Shown: piece after piece, positions 9,557 to 19,280 of the stretch | Layout of the letters: every line of letters starts with the position of its first letter | Numbering within the stretch: the first letter of the stretch is position 1 | DNA from: Candidatus Omnitrophota bacterium | GTDB lineage: Bacteria; Omnitrophota; Gorgyraeia; Aquiviventales; Aquiviventaceae | DNA length: 64,000 nucleotides | Direction of reading: 5' to 3' | Assembly: GCA_016209275.1 (NCBI GenBank) | Contig: JACQWM010000053.1 | Span: forward strand, 11,235 to 75,234 | The notes under the pieces: model-generated | What the model saw: the letters and a program-made list of their open reading frames with translations, nothing else | What the model was told of the DNA's origin: nothing | Database searches by the model: none | Made by a program: the position numbers and the translations under genes

Positions 9557-10747
9557 ATGAGTCATGGGTCGCCCTTTCGTGGAATTACGGGGCCAGTCCT
9601 GACGTTGGGGTTCGTCAGCTTCTTGACGGATGTCTCCAGCGAAATGATCTATCCGTTGCTGCCCATCTTTCTGACGACCGTGCTCGGAGCCGGCCCGGCG
9701 GCGCTCGGGATGATCGAGGGAGCCGCAGAATCCATGGCGGCGATCGTGAAGCTGCTCTCCGGCGTATGGTCGGATCGCGTGCGCAACCGGTCCCGTTTGG
9801 TGTTCTTGGGCTACAGCCTCTCCTCGTGCTCTCGGCCGCTCGTGGCCGCGGCGACCAGCGCCTCCCACATCCTGTGCATCCGCTTGACCGATCGCGCGGG
9901 CAAGGGGGTTCGCACGTCGCCGCGCGATGCGATGATCGCCGACGCTGTCGCACCCTCAGTGCGAGGCAAAGCGTTCGGCTTCCACCGGTCGATGGATCAT
10001 GCCGGCGCGGTCATCGGCCCGCTCCTCGCGACCGCCCTCCTGACGTGGTGGGTTCATGATCTTCGCGTGGTGTTTTGGCTGGCCAGCCTCCCCGGGCTGT
10101 TGGCGGTGGGACTCATTGCCTGGAAGGTGCGCGAGCCTGCTCCCGAGCGCCGCGCGCTAGCGACGCCGCCAGCGCTCTCGTGGGCATGGCCCAGCGGCGC
10201 CTTGCGCCGCTATCTGCTCATCCTCTTCATCTTCACGCTGGGCAACTCCACGGACGCCTTCCTCTTATTGCGCGCCGCCGGGCTCGGCGTGCCGACCGCG
10301 CAGCTGCCGCTGCTCTGGGTCGTCTTCCACATCGTGAAAATGGTATCCTCGATGCCGCTGGGCGCGCAGTCAGACCGTTTTGGCAGGAGACGTGTGATTC
10401 TCGCCGGGTGGGGCGTCTACGCGCTCGTGTATCTCGGGTTTGCCGCGGCCACGCAGCCGTGGCACGTCTGGGCGTTGTTCGCGCTCTACGGCGTGTTTTA
10501 TGGCTGCACCGAAGGCACGGAGCGAGCACTCCTGGCGGATCTTTCAACGCCGTCGATGCGCGGGGCGGCCTTTGGATGGTATCATGGCATCACCGGCATC
10601 GGGCTGCTGCCTGCGAGCCTGCTCTTCGGCGCGCTCTGGCAGCATGCGGGGCCGCAGGCGGCCTTCAGCGTTGGAGCCGTCTTGGCAGCGGTAGCCGCCG
10701 CCGGGCTGATGCTGTGTCTTGATGTTTCGTCGCGCCTTCACTCGTAA
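9557..10747 (+). CDS. MFS transporter
   Basis: 12-TM major facilitator similarity (GWGVYALVYLGFA, DRFGRRRV motif). Alternative start 9509. Confidence 0.65.
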   Translation: MSHGSPFRGITGPVLTLGFVSFLTDVSSEMIYPLLPIFLTTVLGAGPAALGMIEGAAESMAAIVKLLSGVWSDRVRNRSRLVFLGYSLSSCSRPLVAAATSASHILCIRLTDRAGKGVRTSPRDAMIADAVAPSVRGKAFGFHRSMDHAGAVIGPLLATALLTWWVHDLRVVFWLASLPGLLAVGLIAWKVREPAPERRALATPPALSWAWPSGALRRYLLILFIFTLGNSTDAFLLLRAAGLGVPTAQLPLLWVVFHIVKMVSSMPLGAQSDRFGRRRVILAGWGVYALVYLGFAAATQPWHVWALFALYGVFYGCTEGTERALLADLSTPSMRGAAFGWYHGITGIGLLPASLLFGALWQHAGPQAAFSVGAVLAAVAAAGLMLCLDVSSRLHS

Positions 10748-10786
10748 GAGGTAGGCACGGGGCGCATCGCCCAAGGAGTCCACACG

Positions 10787-12112
10787 TTGGTTCGTGTGCT
10801 TGTGCTCGTGGCTGTGCTGTTGATGCGGCCGTTCGGGCTTGCCGCGGAAGAGCCGGTGACGCCAACCATGCTGACGCTCGCCGATGCCGTCCGGCTCGCG
10901 ACCACACGCTACGCCGAGGTGTTAGCCGCGAATGAGCGAACGCTCCAAGCGCTGGCTCGCCTCGGGCAAGCGCGCGCCACCTTGTGGCCTCACCTCGACG
11001 CCTCGGCGTCGCAATTCCGCCAGACGAGGAACCTTGAAGCCTCGGGCATTCCAATTGCCTTGAGCCATCCGGTCATCGGCCCGTTTAATTCGTTTGATGC
11101 GCGCATTGGGCTGACCCAAACGTTGTTTGATGTCAGCGCCTTCGAACGGTTCCTTACGGCCCGCGCCGGCCGGCAATTGTCCTTAGCGCAGTACGAAAAA
11201 GCCAAGCAAGATGCCATGGCGCTCGTGGCGGCGCTCTTTCTCGAGGCGGTGCGGGCCGCGCAGGCGATTGAGCCGGCGCATGCCCTGTTGACGCGCGATC
11301 AGCGACGGCTCGAGATTGCGTCGACCCAGCACGCCCTCGGCCTTGGATCCGATGTGGACGTGCAGCAGGCCCAGGCCGATGTCGAGGAGAGCCATGCGCG
11401 GTGGCAATCGTCGCTCACGTCCGCGTATGAACGCCAGCTCGATGTGATTGCCGCCTTGCATCTGCCCATGGATCAGCCGCTGATCTTGGTCGATGAGGAA
11501 GATCTCCTCGTGTCCGTACCACGGACCGCTGCCGAAACACAGGCCGCGGCGCAGAGCCATCCGGATGTTGTGGTGGCCCAGCGCGCGCTCACACAGCGCA
11601 CCGCAGAGCAAGCGGCTGAGCGCACCAGCGTCCTTCCCACCATCAAACTCTCCGCGGATTATGGCGCGAGCGGCAAGACCATCAGCGAGAGCGCAGGGAC
11701 CTACACCGTGGGAGCCAGCGTCGCGCTTCCCATCTTCGCCGGTGGCCAGCGCCTCGCGAGAATCCGCGAGGCCGAGAGCCGCGTGCGCGAGGGACACACC
11801 CTATTGGATGACGTTCGTCAGCAGGCAGAGGTGAAGGCGCTGCGCGCCGTCGAAACGCTGCGGCAATCCGCCGTGGTGGTGAAAGCGCAGACGGCCCTGC
11901 TGCAACTGGCCACCACGCACCTCATGGTGGCCCAGCGGCGTCTGCGCAGCGGCCTGGGCAGCGAGCTCGATGTGGTCGATGCGCAGACGAATGCTATGGT
12001 CGCGAAAGACCATCGTGCGGATGCGATAGCGACCTATCGGATGGCGCAAGTGACGCTGGCCCATGCCATGGGCCACGTGGAGTCTTTGGCACGAACACAA
12101 TTCCATGACTAG
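10787..12112 (+). CDS. TolC-family outer membrane efflux protein
   Basis: TTG start; signal peptide; two OEP repeats with coiled-coil/beta pattern; first gene of the efflux operon. Confidence 0.7.
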   Translation: MVRVLVLVAVLLMRPFGLAAEEPVTPTMLTLADAVRLATTRYAEVLAANERTLQALARLGQARATLWPHLDASASQFRQTRNLEASGIPIALSHPVIGPFNSFDARIGLTQTLFDVSAFERFLTARAGRQLSLAQYEKAKQDAMALVAALFLEAVRAAQAIEPAHALLTRDQRRLEIASTQHALGLGSDVDVQQAQADVEESHARWQSSLTSAYERQLDVIAALHLPMDQPLILVDEEDLLVSVPRTAAETQAAAQSHPDVVVAQRALTQRTAEQAAERTSVLPTIKLSADYGASGKTISESAGTYTVGASVALPIFAGGQRLARIREAESRVREGHTLLDDVRQQAEVKALRAVETLRQSAVVVKAQTALLQLATTHLMVAQRRLRSGLGSELDVVDAQTNAMVAKDHRADAIATYRMAQVTLAHAMGHVESLARTQFHD

Positions 12113-12836
12113 CACACAGCAGTTAGCGCACAGCACACAGAGGAACGGTGCTCCCTGTGTGCTGTTTGCTGTGTGCTGTCTGCTCATCTCAGGATGCGAT
12201 CGGTTGATGCGCAACGGGGATTTGCAGTTGACCGGCACGCTGGAGTTGACCGAGCACGCGGTGGGCGCCCGCGTGCCGGGTCGTGTGGCCACGCTGCTGG
12301 TGCAAGACGGTGATGAGGTAAGCGCGGGACAGGTCCTAGCCACCCTGGATCGCTTCGACCAAGCCACGCGGGATGCCGATCGCATCCAGGCGCTCTTCAA
12401 GGCCGGCGGGGCCACGCAACAAGCCGTCGAGCAAGCCGGGTTATCGCTCGAGGACCAACAGGTCGTCTCGCCGGTGACCGGGGTGGTCTTGGTCAAAGTG
12501 CATGAGGCGGGGGAAGTGGTGGGAGCCGGCGCGCCGATTGTCATCATCGGGGACCGATCCTCCCTGTGGGTCCGGGTGTTTGTGCCGGAGGGAAAAGTCA
12601 ATCAGGTGTATTTGCAGCAGCCGGCGACGCTGCGATTTGACGGCCTGGCTCGCACGTACGGCGGCCACATCAGCTTCATCGCGCCGAAGGCGGAGTTTAC
12701 GCCTCGCAATGTGCAAACCGTCGAAGAGCGGATTACGCAAACATTCGCCGTAAAGGTGACCGTGGACCAGCCGGATCCCTCCTTGCGCCCTGGTGTAGCC
12801 GCCGATGTCATCATCCATCTCAAGGGCGACCGATGA
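12105..12836 (+). CDS. HlyD-family periplasmic adaptor (membrane fusion protein) lipoprotein
   Basis: Start overlaps TolC stop; lipobox LLISGC; biotinyl/lipoyl-like and beta-barrel MFP motifs (VLATLD, VSPVTGVV). Confidence 0.65.
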   Translation: MTSTQQLAHSTQRNGAPCVLFAVCCLLISGCDRLMRNGDLQLTGTLELTEHAVGARVPGRVATLLVQDGDEVSAGQVLATLDRFDQATRDADRIQALFKAGGATQQAVEQAGLSLEDQQVVSPVTGVVLVKVHEAGEVVGAGAPIVIIGDRSSLWVRVFVPEGKVNQVYLQQPATLRFDGLARTYGGHISFIAPKAEFTPRNVQTVEERITQTFAVKVTVDQPDPSLRPGVAADVIIHLKGDR

Positions 12837-13765
12837 GCGAGACGATTGCGATTGAGGCGAGAGAGTTGACGCGGCGCTTCGGGACGCTGGTCGCCGTCGA
12901 TCATGTGAGCTTCTCGATTCGCTACGGCGAGATCTTCGGCTTTCTCGGCCCCAACGGCTCGGGCAAGAGCACCACCATCCGGATGCTCTGCGGCATCCTG
13001 GCTCCCACGAGCGGGGCCGCCACGGTCGCGGGCTTCGACGTCAACACGGATCCTGAGCGCGTCAAAACCGCCATCGGCTACATGTCCCAGCGTTTCAGTC
13101 TCTACCACGATCTCACCGTGGAAGAGAACCTGGAGTTTTACGGCCGGATCTACGGCCTGAGCGACGCGGCGCTGCGCGAGCGCAAACAGGAGGTCCTGCA
13201 GCTCACCGGGTTGGATCAGTGGCGCGGCCGCCTGGCTGGGGAGCTCTCCGGCGGATCTAAACAGCGGCTCGCACTGGCCAATGCGGTGTTGCATCAGCCG
13301 CGCCTGCTCTTTCTCGATGAGCCCACGGCGGGCATTGATCCGGTTTCGCGCCGCGCGCTCTGGGAGCTGCTCTATCAGCTGGCCGAAGGCGGCATCGCGC
13401 TGTTTGTGACGACCCACTATATGGAGGAGGCCGAGCGATGCAATCAGATTGCCTTCATCAGCCAGGGACGGCTGCTGAGCATCGGCCCGCCCAACGCGCT
13501 GAAAGCCCGCGTGGGCGGCCAGCTCCTCGAAGTCGAATGCGCGCCGCTGATGAAAGCCTCCCGGGTGTTTCGCCGGCTGCCCGGGGTGACGAACATCACC
13601 GCCTTCGGCACGACGCTGCATCTGAATCTCTCCGTCGATCCGGCCGTGGCGACGCAGGCGATTCGTGATTGCGCCTCCACAGAAGCGATCGAGATCCGGT
13701 CGATTCAGCCCATCGCCGCGACCCTAGAGGATGTGTTCGCCACGATGACCGAGGGAGTGGGATGA
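12833..13765 (+). CDS. ABC transporter ATP-binding protein
   Basis: Walker A GPNGSGKST, signature LSGGSKQRL, Walker B LLFLDEPTAGID; ATGA coupling with MFP. Confidence 0.85.
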   Translation: MSETIAIEARELTRRFGTLVAVDHVSFSIRYGEIFGFLGPNGSGKSTTIRMLCGILAPTSGAATVAGFDVNTDPERVKTAIGYMSQRFSLYHDLTVEENLEFYGRIYGLSDAALRERKQEVLQLTGLDQWRGRLAGELSGGSKQRLALANAVLHQPRLLFLDEPTAGIDPVSRRALWELLYQLAEGGIALFVTTHYMEEAERCNQIAFISQGRLLSIGPPNALKARVGGQLLEVECAPLMKASRVFRRLPGVTNITAFGTTLHLNLSVDPAVATQAIRDCASTEAIEIRSIQPIAATLEDVFATMTEGVG

Positions 13766-14865
13766 CCCGTATCCGGGCGGTGGCGCGCAAAGAGTTTCTC
13801 CAGATTTTCCGCGACCGCCGGACGCTGATTCTCATCACCCTGATGCCGTTCATCCAATTGACGATTTACGGCTATGCGATCAACACGGACGTCAAGCATC
13901 TGGCCACCGCGCTCTACGACGAAGATCAGACGCCGATGAGCCGGCGCCTCGTCGCGACGTTTGAGCAGTCGGCCTACTTCGATGTGACGCTGCGCGTCCA
14001 GTCGCCGCGAGCACTTCGGCGGGCCCTCGATCTGGGGCGGGTCAAGGCCGGCCTGCACATCCCCACGCATTTTGCGCAGGATCTCACCGCCGGCCGCGGA
14101 GCGCCGCTGCAGCTCTTGATCGACGGCACCGATTCCAATCCGGCCAATGCGGCTCTCAACACCGGCCAGGCGATCATCGCGAATTTCGTGCAGCAGGAAG
14201 GCTTCGTCACCGTCAGCGGCCGGCCCATCGATTATCGGCCGCGCATGTGGTACAACCCGGATTTGAAAAGCGCTTTTTTCATGGTCCCGGGCCTGGTGGG
14301 CTTGCTGCTGCAGCTGTTGATCCCCATGATCACCGCGACGGCCGTCGTGCGCGAGAAAGAGCGCGGCAACATCGAGCAGCTGCTGGTGACGCCGATCAAG
14401 CCGTATGAGCTCATCATCGGCAAGCTGCTCCCGTATATGGCGATCGGGATGGTGATCGCCACCCTCGTCGTGGGCGCGGCGTGGCTCTTGTTTCATGTGC
14501 CGGTGCGGGGCAATCCGATCACGCTCTTGGGGCTGACCCTGCTGTTTCTGACGGTGTGCTTGGGGTTGGGATTGTTTGCGTCCACCGTCGCGGAGAACCA
14601 GCAGCAGGCCGCGCAGATCATCATGCTCTTCGCCGCTCCGTCCATTCTGTTGTCCGGCTTTATCTTTCCGCGCGAGGCCATGCCGCTGCCGATTTTCTAC
14701 CTCGGCAACCTCATTCCGCTGACCTATTTTCTGAAGATCGTGCGCGGCGTCATCCTCAAGGGCTTAGGGGTGATGGATTTGTGGCCCCAGATTCTTCCCT
14801 TGGGCCTGATGGCCATCGGCATCCTCACGGTGAGCATTCTGAAATTCCACAAGCGCCTGGCCTAA
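13762..14865 (+). CDS. ABC-2 family transporter permease
   Basis: ATGA coupling with the ATPase; 6-TM ABC-2 permease similarity. Confidence 0.75.
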   Translation: MTRIRAVARKEFLQIFRDRRTLILITLMPFIQLTIYGYAINTDVKHLATALYDEDQTPMSRRLVATFEQSAYFDVTLRVQSPRALRRALDLGRVKAGLHIPTHFAQDLTAGRGAPLQLLIDGTDSNPANAALNTGQAIIANFVQQEGFVTVSGRPIDYRPRMWYNPDLKSAFFMVPGLVGLLLQLLIPMITATAVVREKERGNIEQLLVTPIKPYELIIGKLLPYMAIGMVIATLVVGAAWLLFHVPVRGNPITLLGLTLLFLTVCLGLGLFASTVAENQQQAAQIIMLFAAPSILLSGFIFPREAMPLPIFYLGNLIPLTYFLKIVRGVILKGLGVMDLWPQILPLGLMAIGILTVSILKFHKRLA

Positions 14866-14892
14866 GCATGGGAACCGCCGGAGCCTCAACCG

Positions 14893-15690
14893 ATGCCACT
14901 TGAGCTGTTTGATACGCACTGCCACCTGGATCTGGTGTCGAAGGCCGAGCGGCCCGGCGTCTTATCCCGCGCCCGCGCCGCCAACGTGGTCGGCTGTGTC
15001 AGCATCGGCACGAGCCTGGAGGCGAGCCGAGAGAATGTCGCCATGGCCCGCGCCGAGGGTGCTCTGGTGCGGGCGTCGGTGGGCATCCACCCCCATGACG
15101 CGCACCTTGTAACCGAGCAACAGCTTCGAGATATCGACGCCCTCTCCGCCGATCCCGCGGTCGTCGCCATCGGCGAAGTGGGGCTCGATTTTTTTCGCCA
15201 GACCGGAGATCCTGACGTGCAGCGCCGCATCTTCAGCGCGTTTCTGGCGATGGCCCAGCGGCGGAAGCGGCCGATCCTGATCCATTGCCGCAACGCGTAT
15301 GACGCGCTGCTGGAGCTGCTGCGGGCGGAGGCGACGCTACCGCTGGCCGGCCTGATCCATTGCGCGTCAGGTCCTCCCGAGTTTATCCAAGGCGCGCTGG
15401 CCCTCGGGTTGCATATTTCCTTCGCCGGCAATGTGACGTTTCCCAATGCGCAAGCGTTGCGCGAACTCATCAACGTGGTGCCGGATGATCGGGTATTGAT
15501 CGAAACCGATGCGCCCTTCCTCGCGCCCCAGCCGGTCCGCGGCAAAAAAAACGAGCCCGCGCACCTCGCCTATACCGCCGCGTATATCGCCCAGTGGCGC
15601 GGCAGCAGCCTTGAGCATCTCGCCGCCGTGACCACCCGCAACGCCCGGCGGCTGTTTGGCTTGGCGGATAAATCTGCTACAATCAGCTGA
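14893..15690 (+). CDS. TatD-family metal-dependent DNase/hydrolase
   Basis: N-terminal LFDTHCHLD and conserved His/Asp pattern of the TatD family. Confidence 0.8.
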   Translation: MPLELFDTHCHLDLVSKAERPGVLSRARAANVVGCVSIGTSLEASRENVAMARAEGALVRASVGIHPHDAHLVTEQQLRDIDALSADPAVVAIGEVGLDFFRQTGDPDVQRRIFSAFLAMAQRRKRPILIHCRNAYDALLELLRAEATLPLAGLIHCASGPPEFIQGALALGLHISFAGNVTFPNAQALRELINVVPDDRVLIETDAPFLAPQPVRGKKNEPAHLAYTAAYIAQWRGSSLEHLAAVTTRNARRLFGLADKSATIS

Positions 15691-16685
15691 TGCGCCAGGC
15701 ACCGCACGACCTTCCCGTCATGGCCCCGACGCGCGGCACCCTCACGCGCGAGCGCCAGATCGACGTGAAGGATCTCATGTCGCGGTTTAATTTCGCCTTC
15801 AGCCTCATGAGCGTCATCCCCCTGCTGACATGCGCGTATTTGATCACCGTGCGGTTTTTCTCCGTCCAGGTCCTCTTTACCTCCAACGGCGCCTATTTCT
15901 TTATCGCGCTCGTCATCGCTTTGCTCGGCTTGCTGGCCGGCCACGAGCTGATCCGCGACATGATCCGCCGCTTGGTGGAGGCGAACGCGAAGCTGCAGAA
16001 GCTCAATGAGCAGCAGGCGAGTTTCGTCAGCAACGTGGCGCACGAATTTCGCGCACCCCTCGGGGTGTTCAAGGGCGCGCTCGATAATCTTGGCGATGGG
16101 CTCCACGGCCCGGTCACGGCCGAGCAGATGGAGCCGATTGCGATGTGCCAGAAGGAAGTGAACCGGCTCTCCCGGCTCGTGCGCGACTTGCTGGAGCTCG
16201 CCCGCATGGAGGCGGGCAAAGTCCAGCTGGCCGCTGAGCGCGTGAAACTTCAAGACATCATCGCCGCCGCTACCGAGCTCTTTCGCCTTCCCGCGAAAGA
16301 GCGCAAGCTGACCCTGATCATGGAGGTGGCTGAGGAGCCGGTCTACGTGACCGGGGATACGGATCGGCTCCAGCAAGTGTTCATCAACCTCCTCGGCAAC
16401 GCGGTCAAATACACGGATGTCGGCAGCATTCGCGTGCGGATGGTCGCCGATGCGCGCGAGGCCCAGGTGGAGATCATCGACAGCGGCCAGGGCATCGAGC
16501 AGCAGGATCTGGACAGGATTTTCGATAAATTTGAGCGCGTCGGCAGCCAGACCGAGGAAGGCTCCGGGTTGGGGCTGCCGATTGCGCGCGATATCGTGGA
16601 GCTGCACCATGGGCGGCTGTGGGCCGAAAGCCAATCCGGCCAGGGCAGCCGGTTCATCGTGCAATTGCCTCTCGCGAAGGGGTGA
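15690..16685 (+). CDS. sensor histidine kinase (2 TM, HisKA + HATPase_c)
   Basis: H-box SNVAHEFRAPL, N-box LLGNAVKYT, G-boxes DSGQGI / GSGLGLPIA; start overlaps tatD stop. Confidence 0.75.
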   Translation: MRQAPHDLPVMAPTRGTLTRERQIDVKDLMSRFNFAFSLMSVIPLLTCAYLITVRFFSVQVLFTSNGAYFFIALVIALLGLLAGHELIRDMIRRLVEANAKLQKLNEQQASFVSNVAHEFRAPLGVFKGALDNLGDGLHGPVTAEQMEPIAMCQKEVNRLSRLVRDLLELARMEAGKVQLAAERVKLQDIIAAATELFRLPAKERKLTLIMEVAEEPVYVTGDTDRLQQVFINLLGNAVKYTDVGSIRVRMVADAREAQVEIIDSGQGIEQQDLDRIFDKFERVGSQTEEGSGLGLPIARDIVELHHGRLWAESQSGQGSRFIVQLPLAKG

Positions 16686-16692
16686 GACGTCC

Positions 16693-17292
16693 ATGGGGAA
16701 ATCGCTCTGGGTCTTGGCCAGCCTGCTGGTTGTCGCACCGACGACGGCTGTGGCTTCCGCCGAGGCGGGAACGCCGGCACCCGATGTTCGCCTGATGGAT
16801 TCGCGCGGCACCGCCCGAAGCCTCTCGGAGTTCCACGGCAAGATCGTGGTGCTCGAATGGTGGAATCCGGACTGCCCCTTTGTCAAACGGCATTACGGTG
16901 GGGCGATGCAGCGACTGCAGGACACCTACACCGCGCGGGGCGTCATCTGGCTGATGATCAATTCCTCGGCTCCAGGCAAACAAGGCCGCCTCGCGCCGGA
17001 GGCGGCCAACACCTATGCGGCGACCCATGGGGTGAAGGCGACGGCCATGCTCTTGGACCCTGACGGCGCGGCCGGCCGGTTGTACGGCGCAAAGACGACC
17101 CCGCACATGTTCATCATCGATCCTCAAGGGACGCTCGCCTATGCCGGCGCCATCGACGATCATCCGGCCGTCGATCCGTCGGATCCTCCGCCGGCGTCCA
17201 ATTATGTGACGCAATCCCTTGAGGCGCTGCTTGCTGGCCGGCCGATTCCAGTGAGGACGACCACCTCGTATGGCTGTTCGGTCAAATACTAA
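16693..17292 (+). CDS. thioredoxin-fold redoxin family protein, secreted
   Basis: Signal peptide MGKSLWVLASLLVVAPTTAVASA; redoxin-like core LEWWNPDCPFV. Confidence 0.55.
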   Translation: MGKSLWVLASLLVVAPTTAVASAEAGTPAPDVRLMDSRGTARSLSEFHGKIVVLEWWNPDCPFVKRHYGGAMQRLQDTYTARGVIWLMINSSAPGKQGRLAPEAANTYAATHGVKATAMLLDPDGAAGRLYGAKTTPHMFIIDPQGTLAYAGAIDDHPAVDPSDPPPASNYVTQSLEALLAGRPIPVRTTTSYGCSVKY

Positions 17293-17308
17293 CGACTCGG
17301 AGGTCACG

Positions 17309-18142
17309 ATGCTCGACACGACGCTGGCATTATCAGGGCAGCTGAAGGAAACACTGGAAGCCATCGCGCGGAAGACGGCGTTCCGTCCGCAGATTGGGCT
17401 CGTGCTAGGATCCGGCCTCGGCGGACTGACGAAGTCGGTTCGCGTCGAGACGGAGATCCCGTACGAAGACCTGCCGCACATGCCCAAGGCGACCGCGCCC
17501 GGCCATGAGGGCAAACTCGTGCTGGGCACGATCAGCCAGCAGCGCGTGGCCGTGCTCGCCGGACGGTTTCATCATTATGAAGGCTATCCCATGTCCCAGG
17601 TCGTGTATCCGGTGCAGCTCGTGCGCGCGCTGGGAGCTGAGACGCTAATGCTGACGAGCATCGTCGGCGGCATGAATCCCGCCATGCTGCCCGGCTCGCT
17701 CGTGATGCTTGATGATCACATCAATTTCATGGGGGCGAATCCGCTCTTAGGGCCGAATGATGAGACGATCGGCCCGCGGTTTCCCGATATGTCGCAGCCG
17801 TATGATCCGGCCCTCCAGCAGTTGGCCCGCCAGGTGGCGGCCGAGCAGAAGATTCCGCTGACAGACGGCGTGTATGCGGCGGTGGCCGGGCCGAATCTTG
17901 AGACGCGCGCTGAATACCGCATGCTGCGCGGGATGGGGGCGGATGTGGTGGGGATGTCGATGGTGCCCGAAGTGCTGGCCGCCCGGCATGGCGGCTTGCG
18001 TGTGCTGGCTGTGGTGGTCGTTTCCGACGCGTGCGATCCGGATCACCTGAAGCCCGCCAACATCGAGGAGCTGCTTCGCATCGCTGCGGCCACCGAACCC
18101 AAGCTCACCAAGCTCTTGCAGGGCGTCATCTCCCGACTTTAA
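17309..18142 (+). CDS. mtnP: purine nucleoside phosphorylase family; S-methyl-5'-thioadenosine phosphorylase by context
   Basis: PNP/MTAP family motifs (GSGLGGL, VGMSMVPEV); immediately upstream of mtnA. Confidence 0.65.
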   Translation: MLDTTLALSGQLKETLEAIARKTAFRPQIGLVLGSGLGGLTKSVRVETEIPYEDLPHMPKATAPGHEGKLVLGTISQQRVAVLAGRFHHYEGYPMSQVVYPVQLVRALGAETLMLTSIVGGMNPAMLPGSLVMLDDHINFMGANPLLGPNDETIGPRFPDMSQPYDPALQQLARQVAAEQKIPLTDGVYAAVAGPNLETRAEYRMLRGMGADVVGMSMVPEVLAARHGGLRVLAVVVVSDACDPDHLKPANIEELLRIAAATEPKLTKLLQGVISRL

Positions 18143-18197
18143 CTGCACAGGCGATATCAGATATCGATTTCGATATCTGATATCGCTCTTGCAGTTG
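18141..18197. repeat. GATATC-unit palindromic element (locus B)
   Basis: aaCTGCAcagGCGATATCAGATATCG-attt-CGATATCTGATATCGCtctTGCAGtt: perfect 16-bp arms with an extended outer stem. Confidence 0.85.
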
Positions 18198-18203
18198 ACC
18201 TGA

Positions 18204-19280
18204 ATGCGAGTCAACGGTATCCCTTATCGCACTGTTTGGCTGGAAGGCTCGACGGTGCATCTGATCGATCAGCGCCGTCTGCCGGCGCGGTTTGAGATTC
18301 TTGAGCTGCCCACAGTCCAGCAGACGGCGGAGGCGATTCGCACTATGACCGTGCGAGGCGCTGGGGCCATTGGCGTCGCGGCCGGTTTTGCGATGGCGCA
18401 GGCGGCACTCCTGGCTCCGGCATCCGGCGTGCGCGAAGCGCTCGAGCAGGCGGCGGCGATCATCCGCGCCACGCGGCCCACCGCGCAGAACCTGTTTTAT
18501 GCGGTGCAGCGTATCGTCGACGGCACGCGGTCGGCCCATTCCGTCGACGAGATTCGACGGCGAGCCGTGGTGATAGCTCAACGCATGGCCGATGAAGACG
18601 CCGCCTCCGGCGAGCGCATTGGAATCGTGGGGGCTTCGCTCATCCGCGATGGGGCGTCCGTGATGACGCACTGCAACGCCGGGTGGCTGGCGTTTGCCGA
18701 TTGGGGCACGGCCTTGGCACCCATCTATGTCGCCCATCGAGCCGGCAAACGCGTGTCGGTGATCGTGAATGAGACGCGGCCGCGCGGGCAGGGGGCGAAG
18801 CTCACCGCCTGGGAACTCGGGCAAGAAGGTGTTTCGCATACGCTGATTCCCGATACCGCTGCTGGCTACGCGATGGCGCAAAAACTTGTGGATCTCATCA
18901 TCGTGGGCGCGGATCGCATCGCGGCCAACGGCGATGTGGCGAATAAAATTGGGACGTATGCGTTGGCCGTGTTAGCGCAGGCCCATCAGATTCCGTTCTA
19001 CGTTGCGGCTCCGACCACCACGATCGATGCCGCATGTCCTGAAGGCTCGAAGATTCCTATTGAAGAACGATCCGCTGATGAGGTCGTCTGGACATCAGGT
19101 GTGACCGATGATGGCGCAGAAACCCGCGTGCGCACCGCCCCGGAGCACACCCCAGCGCGCAACTGGGCGTTCGACGTGACACCGGCAGCGCTGATTCGCG
19201 GCCTGATCACCGATCGGGGGATGATTCGCCCTGAGCCTCAGGCGATCGCTGAGGTGATGACCGCGGCGGCGACTCGATGA
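18204..19280 (+). CDS. mtnA: S-methyl-5-thioribose-1-phosphate isomerase
   Basis: eIF-2B alpha/beta/delta-like MtnA family similarity across the full length. Confidence 0.8.
   Translation: MRVNGIPYRTVWLEGSTVHLIDQRRLPARFEILELPTVQQTAEAIRTMTVRGAGAIGVAAGFAMAQAALLAPASGVREALEQAAAIIRATRPTAQNLFYAVQRIVDGTRSAHSVDEIRRRAVVIAQRMADEDAASGERIGIVGASLIRDGASVMTHCNAGWLAFADWGTALAPIYVAHRAGKRVSVIVNETRPRGQGAKLTAWELGQEGVSHTLIPDTAAGYAMAQKLVDLIIVGADRIAANGDVANKIGTYALAVLAQAHQIPFYVAAPTTTIDAACPEGSKIPIEERSADEVVWTSGVTDDGAETRVRTAPEHTPARNWAFDVTPAALIRGLITDRGMIRPEPQAIAEVMTAAATR

Noticed and set aside
15570-16886. Long antisense ORFs in the track (e.g. 15570-16886 -, 24043-25407 -, 21124-22245 -, 13705-14496 -, 5579-6313 -, 11801-12601 -, 12602-13621 -).
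   Set aside because: They overlap well-supported + strand genes with clear family motifs. High GC suppresses stop codons, and their translations are low-complexity Arg/Pro/Gly-rich.
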